Of a stretch of 37,436 nt of DNA, positions 20,725 to 33,557 are shown in pieces. Each line of letters begins with the position of its first letter. Position 1 is the stretch's first letter. Both the position numbers and the translations under genes were made by a program. The stretch lies in assembly GCF_004010195.1 (NCBI RefSeq), contig NC_057719.1, positions 64,425,794 through 64,463,229 of the forward strand, given 5' to 3'. Under the pieces are notes generated by a model. That model was given only the letters and a program-made list of their open reading frames with translations. It made no database searches and was not told the DNA's origin. This DNA is from Chiloscyllium plagiosum. Its lineage: Eukaryota.

Positions 20725-22593
20725 TGTGTGTGTAAGGAAGAAAAATGAGAGATTGCATTCATTGCATATTTATTGCTCTATGTTCAATAACCTTTAGAAG
20801 TTACGTTAAGCTAAGAGACACAGTGTCTGTATTGGTTCTAGGTGAAGCGTGTTTTTAAAAGGGTCGGCTCATTGAACTTTAAAATGAACACAGGCTCTAC
20901 CAGCTTTGTTTTGTTCACAGTTAAAAAATGTAAACTTTCTCTTTTATTGACACCAATAAGATAAAAGGAGGGAAGCCAATGAAGAAAGAGATACACATAG
21001 AAGAGATCAGAATGTTTTGCTACATTCTTAATTATTTTAGGTATTTTTGAATGAAAGCAAGGAATTTAAATTTTCAAAGCACACAGAGGCTTTCTGAGTA
21101 GTGTGGTTAAGAACGACAAACAAAAGTAAGGAAATTTATTGAGAGTGGTCTGTCACAACTCTGAAATAGTGGAAAATATGAATGGGTGGTGGGTGTGATT
21201 GGAGTGAGGCAATTGGAGAAAATATGTTTGAGGCAGGAAAGGAAGGATCAAGAAGCCACTGAGACCAGCCCCAATACCTCCCCCATTGTTCCTGCTCAAA
21301 AATCAAGTCAATAACTCTCTAGAGTTTCTTGTCCTACCATTAATGAAACATTAGCTGTAAAGGAAGGAAAAGTAAATGGACAGAGCAACAAAAGAAGAGA
21401 AAGAGATTTGGGAAGAAAGCGAGAGCTAAGAAGGAGCAGATACAGAAAAATAGCAAAAGAGCAAGATTATCTTAGGCTTACCATGTGCAATTCCAGCAGT
21501 ACGCAGCCATACTCTAGACTATACCCAGTAATCAATCTATTATTGTAATTGTCTTCTTTAATGCCCCCTACATATGACTGGATTATATCTGGCTAATTTG
21601 GAAGTAAAACTGAATGTGCCAGCTCATTCAGACACACTACCAAAATCTTTTTTGGGTGGAGTAATTCCAGACATTACAGATTTGTCAATTTACAATAAAA
21701 CGTAATCAGTCCACATTACATTTAACTGGCTTCCTATTATCAATGTTTATGAGCACCTGATATCTTGGAGAATGCTAATTACTCACTCTGTTTAAAATAG
21801 TAAGTGATAACTCTTCATGTGGACTCAACTCTAGACAGCTACTTGGTCAACAGTAAGATCAGAGCAGACAATGACAATCTTTAATGCTACAACACAATCT
21901 TGGAGCCTGAGTTTCTAAAGGAAACCTGAACCAACAATTTTGTTTTACATGAGCTAATTTCCCACACTGAACGCACTAAAGGAGGGGTTTCCTCTGCCAG
22001 TGTCTGCCACCCAACTCTATTCTTTTAAAAGTCAGGCAAACTTCTGCTTTCTCTGTCTGGTTTCCCTTTTCTCTCCAGTTTAACTCAGGAGTATTTACCA
22101 CTTCCCTTTTTTCTCTTGTGAAATCTTACAGACATCAGTCCACCTGAGTTTATGGGTCTGTGTGGTTATGTCTTAATGGTTATCAGCCAGAATGGCTTCC
22201 TGTCTCAGCACTGCTACTTCTCCTCCTTGGCATGAGTTCAGATTAATATGGGTATGGAGTCTATTTATGGGTAGCTCTATTTGACCAGAGAACATGGAAC
22301 ATAGAACAGTACAGCACAGTACAAGTCTTTTGGCCCACAATGTTGTGTCGAGCATTTATCTTAATGTAAGATCAACCTAATCTACACATCCCTCAATTTA
22401 CTGCCATCCTTGTGCTTGTCCTGCAATCGCTTAAAAGTCCCTAATGTATCTGACTCTACGACCACTGCTGGCAGTGCATTCCATTCACCCACCAGTCTCT
22501 GCATAAAGAACTTACCACTGACATCTCTCCTATATCTTCCTCCAATCACCCTTGTGACAGCCATTTCTGCCCTGGGGAAAAGTCGATGGCTAC

Positions 22594-23192
22594 CCACATA
22601 TCATCTATTGCATCCTTTGCACCCGATGTGGCCTCCTCTATATTGGGGAGACAGGCCGGCTACTTGCGGAGCGTTTCAGAGAACACCTCTGGGACACCCG
22701 GACCAACCAACCCAACCACCCTGTAGCTCAACATTTCAATTCCCCCTCCCACTCCACCAAGGATATGCAGGTCTTTGGACTCCTCCATCGTCAGACCACA
22801 ACAAAACGACGGTTGGAGGAAGAACGCCTCATCTGCCGGCTAGGAACCCTCCAACCACAAGGGATGAACTCAGATTTCACCAGTTTCCTCATTTCCCCCC
22901 CCACCCTGTCTCAGTCAAATCCATCAAATTCAGCACCGCCTCCCTAACCTGCAAACTTCTTCCCGACCTCTCCGTCCCCACCCCAGTCTGACCTATCACC
23001 CTCACCTTGACCTCTTTCCACCTATCACATTTCCGACCCCCCTCCCCCAAGTCCCTCCTCCCTACCTTTTATCTTAGCCTGCTGGACAAACTTTCCCCAT
23101 TCCTGAAGAAGGGCTTATGCCCGAAACGTCGATTCTCCTGTTCCCTGGATGCTGCCTGACCTGCTGCGCTTTTCCAGCAACACATTTCCAGC
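22594..23192 (+). mobile_element. Penelope family 1 3' fragment: uninterrupted GIY-YIG domain plus tail with hammerhead
   Basis: HIIYCILCTRCGLLYIGETGRLLAERFREHLWDTRTNQPNHPVAQHFNSPSH...RRLEEERLICRLGTLQPQGMN. The CR1 sequence resumes after 23192. Confidence 0.93.
23099..23134 (+). ncRNA. Minimal type I hammerhead ribozyme motif (best-preserved copy)
   Basis: AUUC-CUGAAGA-A-GGGC/UUAU/GCCC-GAAA-CGUC-GAUU: CUGANGA and GAAA cores, perfect 4-bp stem II, ACGU palindrome, predicted cleavage after C23130. Confidence 0.75.
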
Positions 23193-25243
23193 TATGCCTC
23201 TCATTACCTTGTACACCTCTACCAAGTCACCTCTCTTCCTTCTTTTCTCTAGTGTGAAAAGGCCTAGCTCACTCAAACTCTCTTCATAAGACAAGCCTTC
23301 CAATCCAGCCAATGTCCTGGTAAATCCCCTCTGCACCTTCTGTCAAGCATCTACATCCTTCTTAAAATGAGGCAACCAGAACTGGACGCAGTATTCCAAG
23401 TGTGGTCTAACCAGGGTTTTATAGACTGTAGCAAAACCTTGCGACTCTTACACTCAAAGCTCCTGTTAGTGAAAGCCAAAACACAATATGCTTTCTGAAC
23501 AACCTTGGTGGCAACTCTGAGGGACTTATACACCCCAAGATCCTGCTATTCCTCTATACTGCCAGGAATCCTGTCTTTAACCCTGTATTCAACATTCAAA
23601 TTCGACCTTCCAAAATGAAACACTTCACATTTATCCAGGTTGAGCTCTATCTGCCACTTCTCAGCCCAGCTCTGCATCCTATCAATATCGTGTAGTAGCC
23701 TGACACTATCTACAATACCACTGACCTGTGTGTCATCGGCAAACATACTAACCCACCCTTCATCATCCAAGTCATTTATAAAACCTACAAAGAACAGAGG
23801 CCCAAGAGCAGATCCTTGCAGGACACCACTGGTCACCGACCTCCAGGTGGAATACTTTCCTTCCACTACCACTCACTGTTTTCTTTGGGCCAGCCAATTC
23901 TGTATCCAGACAGCCAAATTTCCCTGTATCCTATACCGCCTAACATTCTGAATGAGCCTACTGTAGCAAACTTTATCAAATGCCTTACTGAAATCCAAAT
24001 CAACTTGTCTCATCACATCCTCAAAAAACTCAATAAGGCTTGTGAGGCATGACCTGCCCCTCTCAAAGCCATGCTGACTATCTCTAATCAAAGTATGTTT
24101 TTCCAAATAGTCATAAATCCTATCTCTTAGAATCCTTTCTAGTACTTTGCTTACCACAGACTTAAGACTGACTGGTCTGTAGTTCCCAGGGATTTCCATA
24201 TTTCTGACCTTGGACAGAAGAACAATATTTGCCTCCTTCCAATCATCTGGTACTACTCCTGTGGAGAGTGACGATGCAAAGATCATCATTAGAGGCACAG
24301 TCATCTCATTTCTCACTTCTCATAGTAACCTTGGATATATCTGGTCTGGCCCTGGGAACTTATCTATCTTGATGCTTCCCAGAATTTCCAGCACGTCCAC
24401 TTTCTTAATATTAGTCTGTTCAAGCCTATTAACCTGGTCCACGGTGTTCTCTCTATTAACAAGGTCTCTCTCAAATGAATATGAAGCAAAACACTCATTT
24501 AGGGCCTCCCCACTTCTTCAGACTCCAGGCATAAGTTTCCTTCACTATCCCAGATTGGCCCTACACTCACTCTGATCATTCTCTTATTCCTCACATACAT
24601 GTAAAACGCCTTTTGGTTTTCCCTAATCCTCCCCACGAAGGCTTTTTTGTGCCCCCTCCTAATTCTCCTCAGTCCATTTTTGAGTTCTTTCCTAGCTACC
24701 CTGTAATCCTCTAAAGCTGTGCCAGATCCTTGATTCCTCAACCTTAAGTAAAGTCCCTTCCTCCTGTTGACAAGAAGCTTATCTTCTCTTGTCATCCAAA
24801 GCTCCTTCACCTTATTGTTCCTTGCCTGTCTCAGTGGGACAAAGTAATCCAACACTCGCAACAAGTGCTCCTTTAACAGCCTCCACATTTTTGTTGTGTA
24901 TTTTCTATGGAATAACTGTTTTCAATTTATACTCCACAGCTCCTGTCTAATAGCAGTACAATTTCCCCTCCCCCAATTAAATACCTTCCCATACTGTCTG
25001 TTCCTATTCCTCTCCATGGCTATGGTAAAAGTGAGGCAATTGTGGTCACTGTCACCGAAATGCTCTCCCACCAAGAGATCTGACACCTGGCCTGGCTCAT
25101 TGCCTAGCACCAAATTCAATATGGCTTCCCCCCTAGTCGGCCTATCTACATATCGAATCAGGAATCCTTCCTGGATTCCTGGACAAAATCGTTTCTTCAG
25201 GTCCTTCTTAAATCTTTCCTCTCTCACCTTAAACTTATCATTT

Positions 25244-25564
25244 GATTAGATTAGATTACTTACAGTGTGGAAACAGGCCCTTCGGCCCAACAAGTCCACA
25301 CCGACCCGCCGAAGCGCAACCCACCCAGGCCCATTCCCCTACATTCACCCCTTCACCTAACACTATGGGCAATTTAGCACAGCCAATTCACCTAACTTGC
25401 ACATTTTTGGATTGTGGGAGGAAACCGGAGCACCCAGAGGAAACCCACACAATCACGGGGAGAATGTGCAAACTCCACACAGAGAGTTGCCTGAGACAGG
25501 AATTTAACCCGGGTCTCTGGCACTGTGAGGCAACAGTGCTAACCACTGTGCCACCGTGCCACCC
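25244..25564 (-). mobile_element. HE1-like SINE, full length and relatively young
   Basis: Head GGGTGGCACGGTGGCACAGTGGTTAGCACTGTTGCCTCACAGTGCCAGAGACCCGGG and tail (TAATC)3. Confidence 0.92.
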
Positions 25565-25595
25565 ATAAAAGATGCTGCTGTGAATGAACTGGTTT

Positions 25596-25683
25596 ATTAG
25601 ATTACTTAGTGTGGAAACAGGCCTTTCGGCTCAACAAGTCCACACCAACCCGCCAAAGCGCAACCCCTTCACCTAACACTACG
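25596..25683 (-). mobile_element. 5'-truncated HE1-like SINE tail
   Basis: Near copy of 25250-25365 with an internal deletion. Confidence 0.8.
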
Positions 25684-27280
25684 TTCTTTAATTCACTATG
25701 TTCTTTAATTTTGGATTCCCCCACCCTAGGAAAAATACCTTGACTAATCACCCTACCCATGTTCCTTATAATTATATAAACCTCAATAAGGTCACCCTCT
25801 GACTCCAACACCCCAGGGAAAAAGGCCCAGCCTATTCAGCCTCTCCTTACAGCTCAAGCCCTCCAGACGCAGCAACACTTTTGTAAATCTTTTCTGCACT
25901 CTCTGAAGTTTAACGACATGCTTCGTATAGAAGGCTGATCAGAATTATATGCAGTATTCCAAAAATGTCCTGTACAGCCGCATCATGCCATCCTATATTC
26001 AGTGCACTGACCAATGAAGGGTCACCCTGTCTATCCACAACTTCACTTCACTGTGCACCCCCAGATCTCTTTGGCAACACTCCCAGGACCTATCATTACC
26101 TGTGTAAGTTCTGCCCTGATTTGCCTTACTAGAATGCAACACTTGCCATTTATCTAAATTAAGCTCCATCTACCACTCCTTGCCCCACTGGTCTACTGAT
26201 CAAGGCCTCTTTGTACTCTGAGTAAGCCTCCTTCACTGTCCACTACACCATATGTTTTGGTGTCATCTGCAAACTTACTAATCATACCTCCTATTTTCAC
26301 ATCCAGGTCATTTATAAAAATGGTGAAAAGCAGTGGACCAGCACCGATCCTTGTGGCACACTGCTGGTCACAGGCCTCCAGTCTGAAAAACAGCTTTCAA
26401 CCACCACCTCCTACCTTCAAGCTAATTTTGTATCCAATTAGCTAGCTTCCCCGGATCCTATGTGATCTAACTAGTCTACCATGTGGAACCTTTTCGAACA
26501 TTTTTCTGAAGTCCATATAGACAACATTTACTGTTCTGCCTTCCTTAATCTTCTTTGTCACCTCTTCGAAAAAAATCAATTGTTAGTGAGATACAATTTC
26601 GCAAGTTCAAAGCCATTGCTGTCTATCCCTAATCAATCCTTGCCTTTCGAAATGCATGTAAATCCTGTCCCTCAGAGTCCCCTCCAACAACTTACACATC
26701 ATTGACGTAAGGCTATAGCTCCTTGACTTTCCATTATAGCCTTTCTTAAATAATGACATCATATTAGCCAACTTCCAGTCTTTCCGAACCTTACCTGTGG
26801 TTATCAATGATCCAGATATCTCAGCAAGAGACCAGCAATTTCTTCCCTAGCTTCCCACAAAGTTGTGGAATATACCTGATTAGGTTTCAGGGATTTATCT
26901 ACCTCCATGTGGTTTAAGACCTACAGTACCTTCTCTTCAGTAATACAAACTCTTTTCGAGACATCAATATTTATTTCCCCAAGTTCTCCAGCATCCAAGT
27001 CCTTTTTCACAGTAAATACTGATACAAAATATTCATTTAGAATTTCACCTATCTCTTTTGATTTCACAAAGGTACAACCACACAAATCTTTAAGGGTCCC
27101 TATTCTCTCCCTAGTTAACCTTTTGCCCTTAATGTATTCATAGAATCCTTTTGGATTCTCCTTAATTCTATTTTCCAAAGCTAGCTCATGTCTCCTTTTT
27201 GCTCTCCTGATTCTTATCTTCAGCATACTCCTACTGCCATTATAATCTTCTCGGGATTCAGTCCATCCCTGCTGTCTATA

Positions 27281-27501
27281 CAGTCAGTTCTGATATAACG
27301 CGGTAGTTCTGTTCTTGTGTAATTTTGTGTTGTAAGAAAATTGTGCAACAGCAGCACCATTTAAGCTAACGGGGCCAAATTGCATTATAGCCAGTACCGA
27401 TACGGAAAGTTTGCGTTATTCTACAAATAATGGTCTAAAATTTGCAAACACATTAAAGCCAATTTGCATTAGAGAAACGTGCTTTATAGCAGAACAGACT
27501 G
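27281..27501. mobile_element. Tc1/mariner (Tigger/pogo-like) MITE, 221 bp
   Basis: Left TIR CAGTCAGTTCTGATATAACGC against reverse complement of the right TIR CAGTCTGTTCTGCTATAAAGC (18/21 match). TA precedes the left end and AA follows the right end; CR1 sequence lies on both sides. Confidence 0.8.
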
Positions 27502-28269
27502 AACCTTATATTTGTCAATTTCTTCTTGACCAGAGCCTGAATTTCTATCATCATCCAGTATTCCTGACACCTACCAACTCTGCTTCCAATTTTCAGTGCT
27601 CCAATTTTAACTTAGCTGCTTCTCAATTTCCATCTCTAGATAATTTGCCACCCGTGTTACAATTTCTGTTTTCCTGATTTTCAAGCAGAACTCCACCTGT
27701 AAGTGCCTTGCTGCACTTGGTAATTCTTCCAATAATAGTGGCTTTAACTTTTTGTAAGTTACTTCATCTTGTTCTATGGAAGCATTGACATCAAATACAG
27801 ATTTCTTAGCACTTTAATATCCTAGACCCAAGAAAATCATTTTGAAGTTTTGTTTAATTGCCTTTGAAGGATTAACGTTTCCGCCCCTCCAAATCCATTT
27901 TCTCATGAACCTTTTGGAGCTACCTCTTACTGAGTTCTGGATTTTGTTCTGACCAGGTCAGGCAAGTTGAATTGCTTTTTTCAATCTCCTTCATCATCCA
28001 CAACGAGCATTTACGATATTTTAAGCATGAGGCTATCCCCTTCCTCTCCAATAAAAATGTAGTTGCCCAATGTATACTATATCGGTAAGGAGTCAAAGCA
28101 AGATTTTGTGGACTGAAAGAGTGAGTAACTATTTTACCTGCTAATGCAGAGTAAAAGATAATAAAGCTGTGACATCAAGCATTCATGCGCATGGGTATAA
28201 ATTTTAAAAGAGAGGTAGTCATTGAGGTATAAAGGTTTTAACCTGAATCCATGATTGTTTAAGAAGAAA

Positions 28270-28326
28270 AGAACAAAGAACAATACAGCACAGCAACAGG
28301 CCCTTCACTCTTCCAAGCCTGTGCCA
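28270..28326 (-). mobile_element. CR1 3' terminal remnant
   Basis: GAACAAAGAACAATACAGCACAGCAACAGGCCCTTC resembles 22290-22340. Confidence 0.6.
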
Positions 28327-29879
28327 AATTGATTGATGTCTTGTATCCTTAGCAGTACGAGGATTGCAGATCTCTTCAAATTGTCAGCGTCCAGATATTT
28401 TTCTCCAAGTTGTGTTGTCACTGGATGCTTTGTCTTCCGAGAAGCAGAAAAAGAGAGCTTTCTTCAGTTCTGCAGTCATAAATCCATCTCCCCTGCTGTG
28501 CCAAAATCAGTTTACTGAAATATAAGCTGGGTTGTGTGACTACCTGAGTTCATTGTTTCCAAGTTTCATCACTGCAGGTGATGGATTTATTTCCAAAAAA
28601 AGGAAACTTATCATGTAGGTGTAAATCAAAATAGGAAATGAGGACCTGCTCACACCTATCTGAGAGAACTAATTCCAGTGTCTTTTAATAAATGTTAACT
28701 TCCATTCAGATGACATTTTTATCCTGTGATGGTTTCGTGACAAGCCTGTGTGGTGAGCAGATGACTGTGGAAATAATAAGTCAGTGTATCTTTTTAAAAC
28801 CATTTCAGTCCACGAAAGTTCTAGGTATTAACATCAGATGATGAAAGTCAGAATAGTTCAATTTATCACCAGTGTGGCACTTCACATGTCAGCTTATTAG
28901 ATGAGCACTTACAGTAATTCAGAAGAAAATTTGTTGCACGCTGTGATATTTATGACTTTGTTAAAATGTTAAGTGTACAATACTGGAATGTTTCATTACC
29001 ATATATTACAAAGGAACTTCTTGTAATATCTTATTCAAGGTAAATTCTCCTTTTTTTCATTCTGGAACTATTGCTTTATGACCAAATGAGGCCTGATTTT
29101 AACTTTGTCGTTGAATGGGTTTCAGTAAATTACAGCTATTTGAAGACCTCTCTGTAGTTGAAATGCATACAGGACCCAACATGTATGCAAGGCCGTAAAT
29201 TATATATGTGGTTAGTTTGTAGGATTGAATCAAACATTTTTCTAAATGCCTTGGTTTCACAAGCCATGCAAATCCTGACAAATTTGCTTAGACTCAACTG
29301 TTCCATTCAGTTGCTTGTTTATAACAAATGGTTTATTGTTTCTTCCTCTTCACAGAATAATTTGTATGTTTCATGCTGGTGGTGATTCAGGCATCTGAGC
29401 CATTTAATAGTATTCACCACCTCCACTTGATGGAAACTCTATTCCATCCAAAGGTTTGTACTGTTGTGTTTTGCTGGTGTGAATTACTGCAAACCCAAGT
29501 GTACAATGGCTCACATAACTACAAGTAGCAAAAGGATTCAAGTTGGATCTGTCCCAGTGGAGCAAATGGAGGTCTTGATGGATGTATTAAAAGAGGAATA
29601 TGGCCGAAAAGAAAAATACAAAGGATTTGCAGTCATATTGCATCTCAGGTCAATTAATGTTTTTCTCAAGTGGAGTTACTGTAATAATTTAGGAAAAAGC
29701 AGCATTAATTTGCATACAGTAATTGGATTTTGTTTGATTTCTAAATATTGGCCAGGAAAGTCTTGTTTGTGTTTGATTTTTTAAAGATTAGGTTCTGAGG
29801 GCTGAGCATTGCTTGCTCAGGTAGCAGGTACTGCGAACCCTAATTGTCCTGGAGGAAGAGGTGGTGAACAAATTTCCTC

Positions 29880-30086
29880 TATGATTTGGAGGTGCCGGTG
29901 TTGGACTGGGGTGGACAAAGTTAAAAATCACACAACACCAGGTTATACTCCAGCAGGTTTATTTGGAGGCACTAGCTTCAGAAACGCTGCTTCTTCTGAT
30001 GCACCTGATAAAGAAGCAGCACTTCAAAAGCTAGTGCCTCCAAATAAACCTGTTGGAGTATAACTTGGCCTTGTGTGAATTTTAAC
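29880..30086. mobile_element. Penelope family 2 tail as an inverted pair (hairpin) with degenerate hammerheads
   Basis: Minus copy 29880-29996 and plus copy 30002-30086. GTTAAAAATCACACAACACCAGGTTATACTCCAGCAGGTTTATTTGGAGGCACTAGCTT pairs with AAGCTAGTGCCTCCAAATAAACCTGTTGGAGTATAACTTGGCCTTGTGTGAATTTTAAC. Confidence 0.85.
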
Positions 30087-30189
30087 ATTCGCTCTAGGCA
30101 ATGTGGTTATGCACACTACTCTGATGTTCCATGCACAGTGAACAGTTCGAAAAGACACTATATCTTTATGACTCTATGCTGAGCAAGGG

Positions 30190-31665
30190 CCTCAGAAACC
30201 TGAACAGGCAATCAGTAAATTAGGGGGAATGCTGATGCTGAGCTTTCTTCTTGAGTGACTACAGTCCTTGCTGTACAACCATGGTGAATTCATTTGCTGC
30301 ATTTGTCCTTCTAGGTGGTAAAGCTCATTGATTTTGAAAATGCTGTCGAACCAGCCTTTCTGACTTCCAGCAGTACAGCTTGCTCAGTGTTTAGCACTGC
30401 TGTCTCACAGCACCAGGGTTCGATTCTAGTCTTGGGCGACTGTCTGTGTGGAGTTTGCACATTCTCCCTGTATCTGCGTGGGTTTCCTCCAGGTGCTCTG
30501 GTTTCCTCCCACAATCCAAAGATGTGCAGGTTAGGTGAATTGGCCATGCTAAATAGCCCATAGTGTTCAGGGATGTGTAGGTTAGGTTCATTAGTCGAGG
30601 TAAATGTGTAGTAGGGTAGGGGAATGGGTCTGGGTGAGTTAGTCTTTGGAAGGTCGGTGTGGACTTGTTGAGCCTAATGGCCTGTTTCACACTGTAGAGA
30701 TTCTATGAGATGGTTCACATTGCTATTGCAGTGTATCAGTGGTGGAAGGAATGAATGTTGAAGGTGGTAGAGGGGCTGCTTTGCTTTGGATGGTGTAGCT
30801 ACACACAATCAGGCAGGTGTAGAGTATTCCATAACATATCTGACTTGTGTCTTATAAATGGTTCATAAGCACTGAGGAGGCAGGAAGGAAATTATTCTCA
30901 CCTCCCATCTGGAGTTTACCTGTTTTGTTCATGTTGTATCAAGGCTATATTGATATCAAGAGCCAAGCGACTGTGCCAGAACCCAAACTAAGTGTCAGTG
31001 AGCAGGCTATTCCATTGCAAGTGCTGCTAGAAAGCACTGTCAACAACCATTTCCAAAGATGGAGAGGGGACAAATAAATCAGTAATTGGACAGTTGGATT
31101 TCTCATGTGTTTTTGCGGACTTTCTCTGGAAATTCTCTACACTGTCAAATAGTTGGCTAGGGGCCTGGCTGATTATGGAGTGCAAGTCTCCAGTGCTATT
31201 GTTGGAATGTTGTTGGGGCCTGAACCTTTAGAATCCAATGTCTTTAGTCATTTCGTGGTCTCATGTAGAATGAATTAAATTGGTTTAAGACTAGCATCTG
31301 AGACGCTGGGAGCTCAGGAGGAGATCAAGATGGATCATCATTCAGCACTTCTGCCAGAAGATTGCTGCAAATGCTTCAGCCTTGCCTTTTGCACTGATCT
31401 TTTGGGGTCCCATTTACTGAGGATAGGGTTGTTTGTGAACCCTCCACCTGCTGCTAGTTTGTTTAATTGTTCACTACTATTCATGTCTGGATGTGGTCGG
31501 ACTGCAAAGCTTAGATTTGATCCATTAGTTCTGGGATCAGTTAGCTTTGTCTTTTACATTCTGCTTACAATATACAGCATGCATATTATCCTGTGTTGTA
31601 GTTTAACCAGCCGACACCTCACTTTTTAGGTATCCTGGTGATGTTCCTGGTATACATTCCAGTAT
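30190..31665 (-). mobile_element. Family B LINE, heavily decayed with internal deletions, interrupted by a SINE
   Basis: The reverse complement of 31320-31610 aligns with 31670-31940, and 30720-30900 resembles the reverse complement of 6060-6270. The left boundary is approximate. Confidence 0.7.
30370..30708 (+). mobile_element. HE1-like SINE
   Basis: GCTCAGTGTTTAGCACTGCTGTCTCACAGCACCAGGGTTCGATTC...TGGCCTGTTTCACACTGTAGAGATTCTATGA. Confidence 0.9.
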
Positions 31666-31669
31666 TTCA

Positions 31670-33557
31670 ATTGGACAGGGCAATATACTTGCCAAACATT
31701 GTAAGAAGCAAGTGATAGACAGACTTAAGTGAGCCCACAACCAATTGATCAGATCTAAGTTCTGCAGTTCTGCCACATCCAGTAGTGGCAGATAATTAAA
31801 CACTCACTGGAGGAGGAGGATTCACCAAGATCCCCATCCTCAGTGATGGAAGAACCCAAAACATCAGTACAAAAGATCAGGTTGAAACATTCACAGCAAT
31901 CTTCAGCCAGAAATGCCGAGTGATGATCCATCTCAGTCTCCTGCAGTGGTCCCTAACTTCTCAGATACCAATGTTCAACCAATTTGATTCACTCCGTGTG
32001 ATATCAAGAAACGGATAGAGACATTGGATCCTGCAAAGGATATGGATCCTGTCGATATTCTGGCAATTGTACTGAAGGCATGTTCCAGAACTTGCTGCTC
32101 CCCTAGCCAAGCTCTTTTCAATTTGATTTGATTTATTATTGTCACGTGTGCGTAGGTACAGTGAAAAGTTTTGTCTTGCGTGTGGTACAGGCAAATCGTA
32201 CCATACAAAGATCAAATGGTGATTGAACAGAGCGAGGGATACCTAGTTAAGGCTGCAAAGAAGGTGCAGAGAAAGCAAAATCAATATTAGATTTGAAATT
32301 TGAGAGGTCCATTCAGAAGCCTAATGACAACAGGGAAGAAGCTGATCTTGAGCCTGTTAGTATGTGTGTTTAAGTTTTTGTATCTTCTACCTGATGGAAA
32401 AAGTTGAAAGAGATTATATTCAGGGTGAGAGGGTCTTTGACAATGTTGGCTGCCTTTCCAAGACAGTAAGAAGTGTAGATGGAATCAATGAATGGAAGGT
32501 TGGCTCTTCCAGTACAGTCACAATACTAATAACTGCCTGACAAAGTTGAAAATTGCCCAGTCATGTCCTGTACACATCTAACTCAGTCAATTACAACCCC
32601 TCTACTCTCGATCAAGTGATGGAAGATGTCATCACTAGTGCTATCAAACAGCACAAGCACTAACCTGCTCAGCAATGCCCAGTTTGGATTCTGCCAGGGT
32701 GACTCACCTCCTGACCTCATTGCAGCCTTGGCTCAAACATGGGCAATAGAGCTGAACTCCAAAGGGGAAGTGAGAGTCAGAGCCCTTGACATCACGGCTG
32801 CATTCAGTCGAGTGAAGCATCAAATGCTATAGCAAAGCTGGAATCAATGGCAATCAGGGGGCAAACTCGCAGGCACATGGTAAAATGGTTGTGGAGTTGG
32901 AGATCAGTAATCTCAGTTCCAGGATAGCTCAACAGGTGCTCCTTAGTGTATGTCCAAGGCTCAGCTATCTTCATTTGTTTCATCAGTGACCTTCCCTTCA
33001 TCATAAGGTCAGAAGTGAGGATGTTTGCCAATGATTGCACAATGTTCAGCACCAATCGCAACTCTTCAGATAGTGAAACAGTCCATGTTCAAAACCTGGA
33101 CAATATCCAGGCCTGGGATAACAAGTCACAAATAACATTTGTGCCAGACAAATGCCAGGCAAAGACCATCTCCAGTAAGAGACAATCTAATTACAGCCCT
33201 TTGACATTCAGTGGTGCTACCATCACTGAATCACTATTATTAACATCCTGGGAGTTACTATTGACCAGAAACTCAACTGGACTCAGCACACAAACAAAGT
33301 GGCTACAAGACCAGGTCAGAGGTTAGGAATACTGTGGCGCATAAATCATCTGACTCCCCAAATCTGTCCATCATCTACAAAGCACAAATCAGGATTGTGA
33401 TGGAACAATCCCTGTTTGCCTGGATGGGTGCAGCTCCAACAACACTTAAGAAACTTGACAGCATCATGGACAAAGCAGTCTGCTTGTTTGGCATCACATG
33501 CAGAAAGCATCCAAGTTCAGTAGCAGCAGTATGTGCCATCCACAAAATGCACTGCAG
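31670..33557 (+). mobile_element. Family B CR1/L2-group LINE ORF2 (RT), interrupted by Rex1 and truncated by Penelope
   Basis: LDPAKDMDP..I..IVLKACSRTCC.PLAKLF; NLLSNAQFGFCQGDS; ALDITAAFSRV; FISDLPFIIRSEVRMFANDC. Confidence 0.87.
32121..32502 (-). mobile_element. Rex1/Babar LINE 3' end
   Basis: Minus translation GKAANIVKD/SHPEYNLFQLFPSGRRYKNLNTHTNRLKISFFPVVIRLLNG; tail GACAATAATAAATCAAATCAAAT; imperfect TSD GCTCTTTTCA (32111) and GCTCTTCCA (32503). Confidence 0.82.

Larger units (their letters stand above)
22288..25182 (-). mobile_element. CR1 LINE ORF2 (APE C-terminus, RT, 3' UTR), 5'-truncated, interrupted by a Penelope fragment
   Basis: YVDRPTRGEAILNLVLGNE...DSDHN; PGNYRPVSLKSVVSKVLE; SQHGFERGRSCLTSL; DFSKAFDKV; SGVLQGSALGPLFF; MFADDT; tail (GTTCTAT)n at 22288-22308. 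Confidence 0.95.
25186..27580 (-). mobile_element. Second CR1 LINE ORF2 remnant, interrupted by two SINE pieces and a MITE
   Basis: LENRIKENPKGFYEYIKGKR; TGKVRKDWKLANMMSLFKKG; KFADDTK (near 26275-26255 minus). CR1 sequence resumes after the MITE at 27502. Confidence 0.88.

Noticed and set aside
21482..21588. Possible minus-strand exon ending ATG|GTAAG
   Set aside because: Good donor but weak acceptor, and the peptide (IIQSYVGGIKEDNYNNRLITGYSLEYGCVLLELHM) is not recognisable.
22040..22236. Strong polypyrimidine tracts with AG acceptors on the plus strand
   Set aside because: The longest downstream frame stops after about 34 codons and has no recognisable homology.
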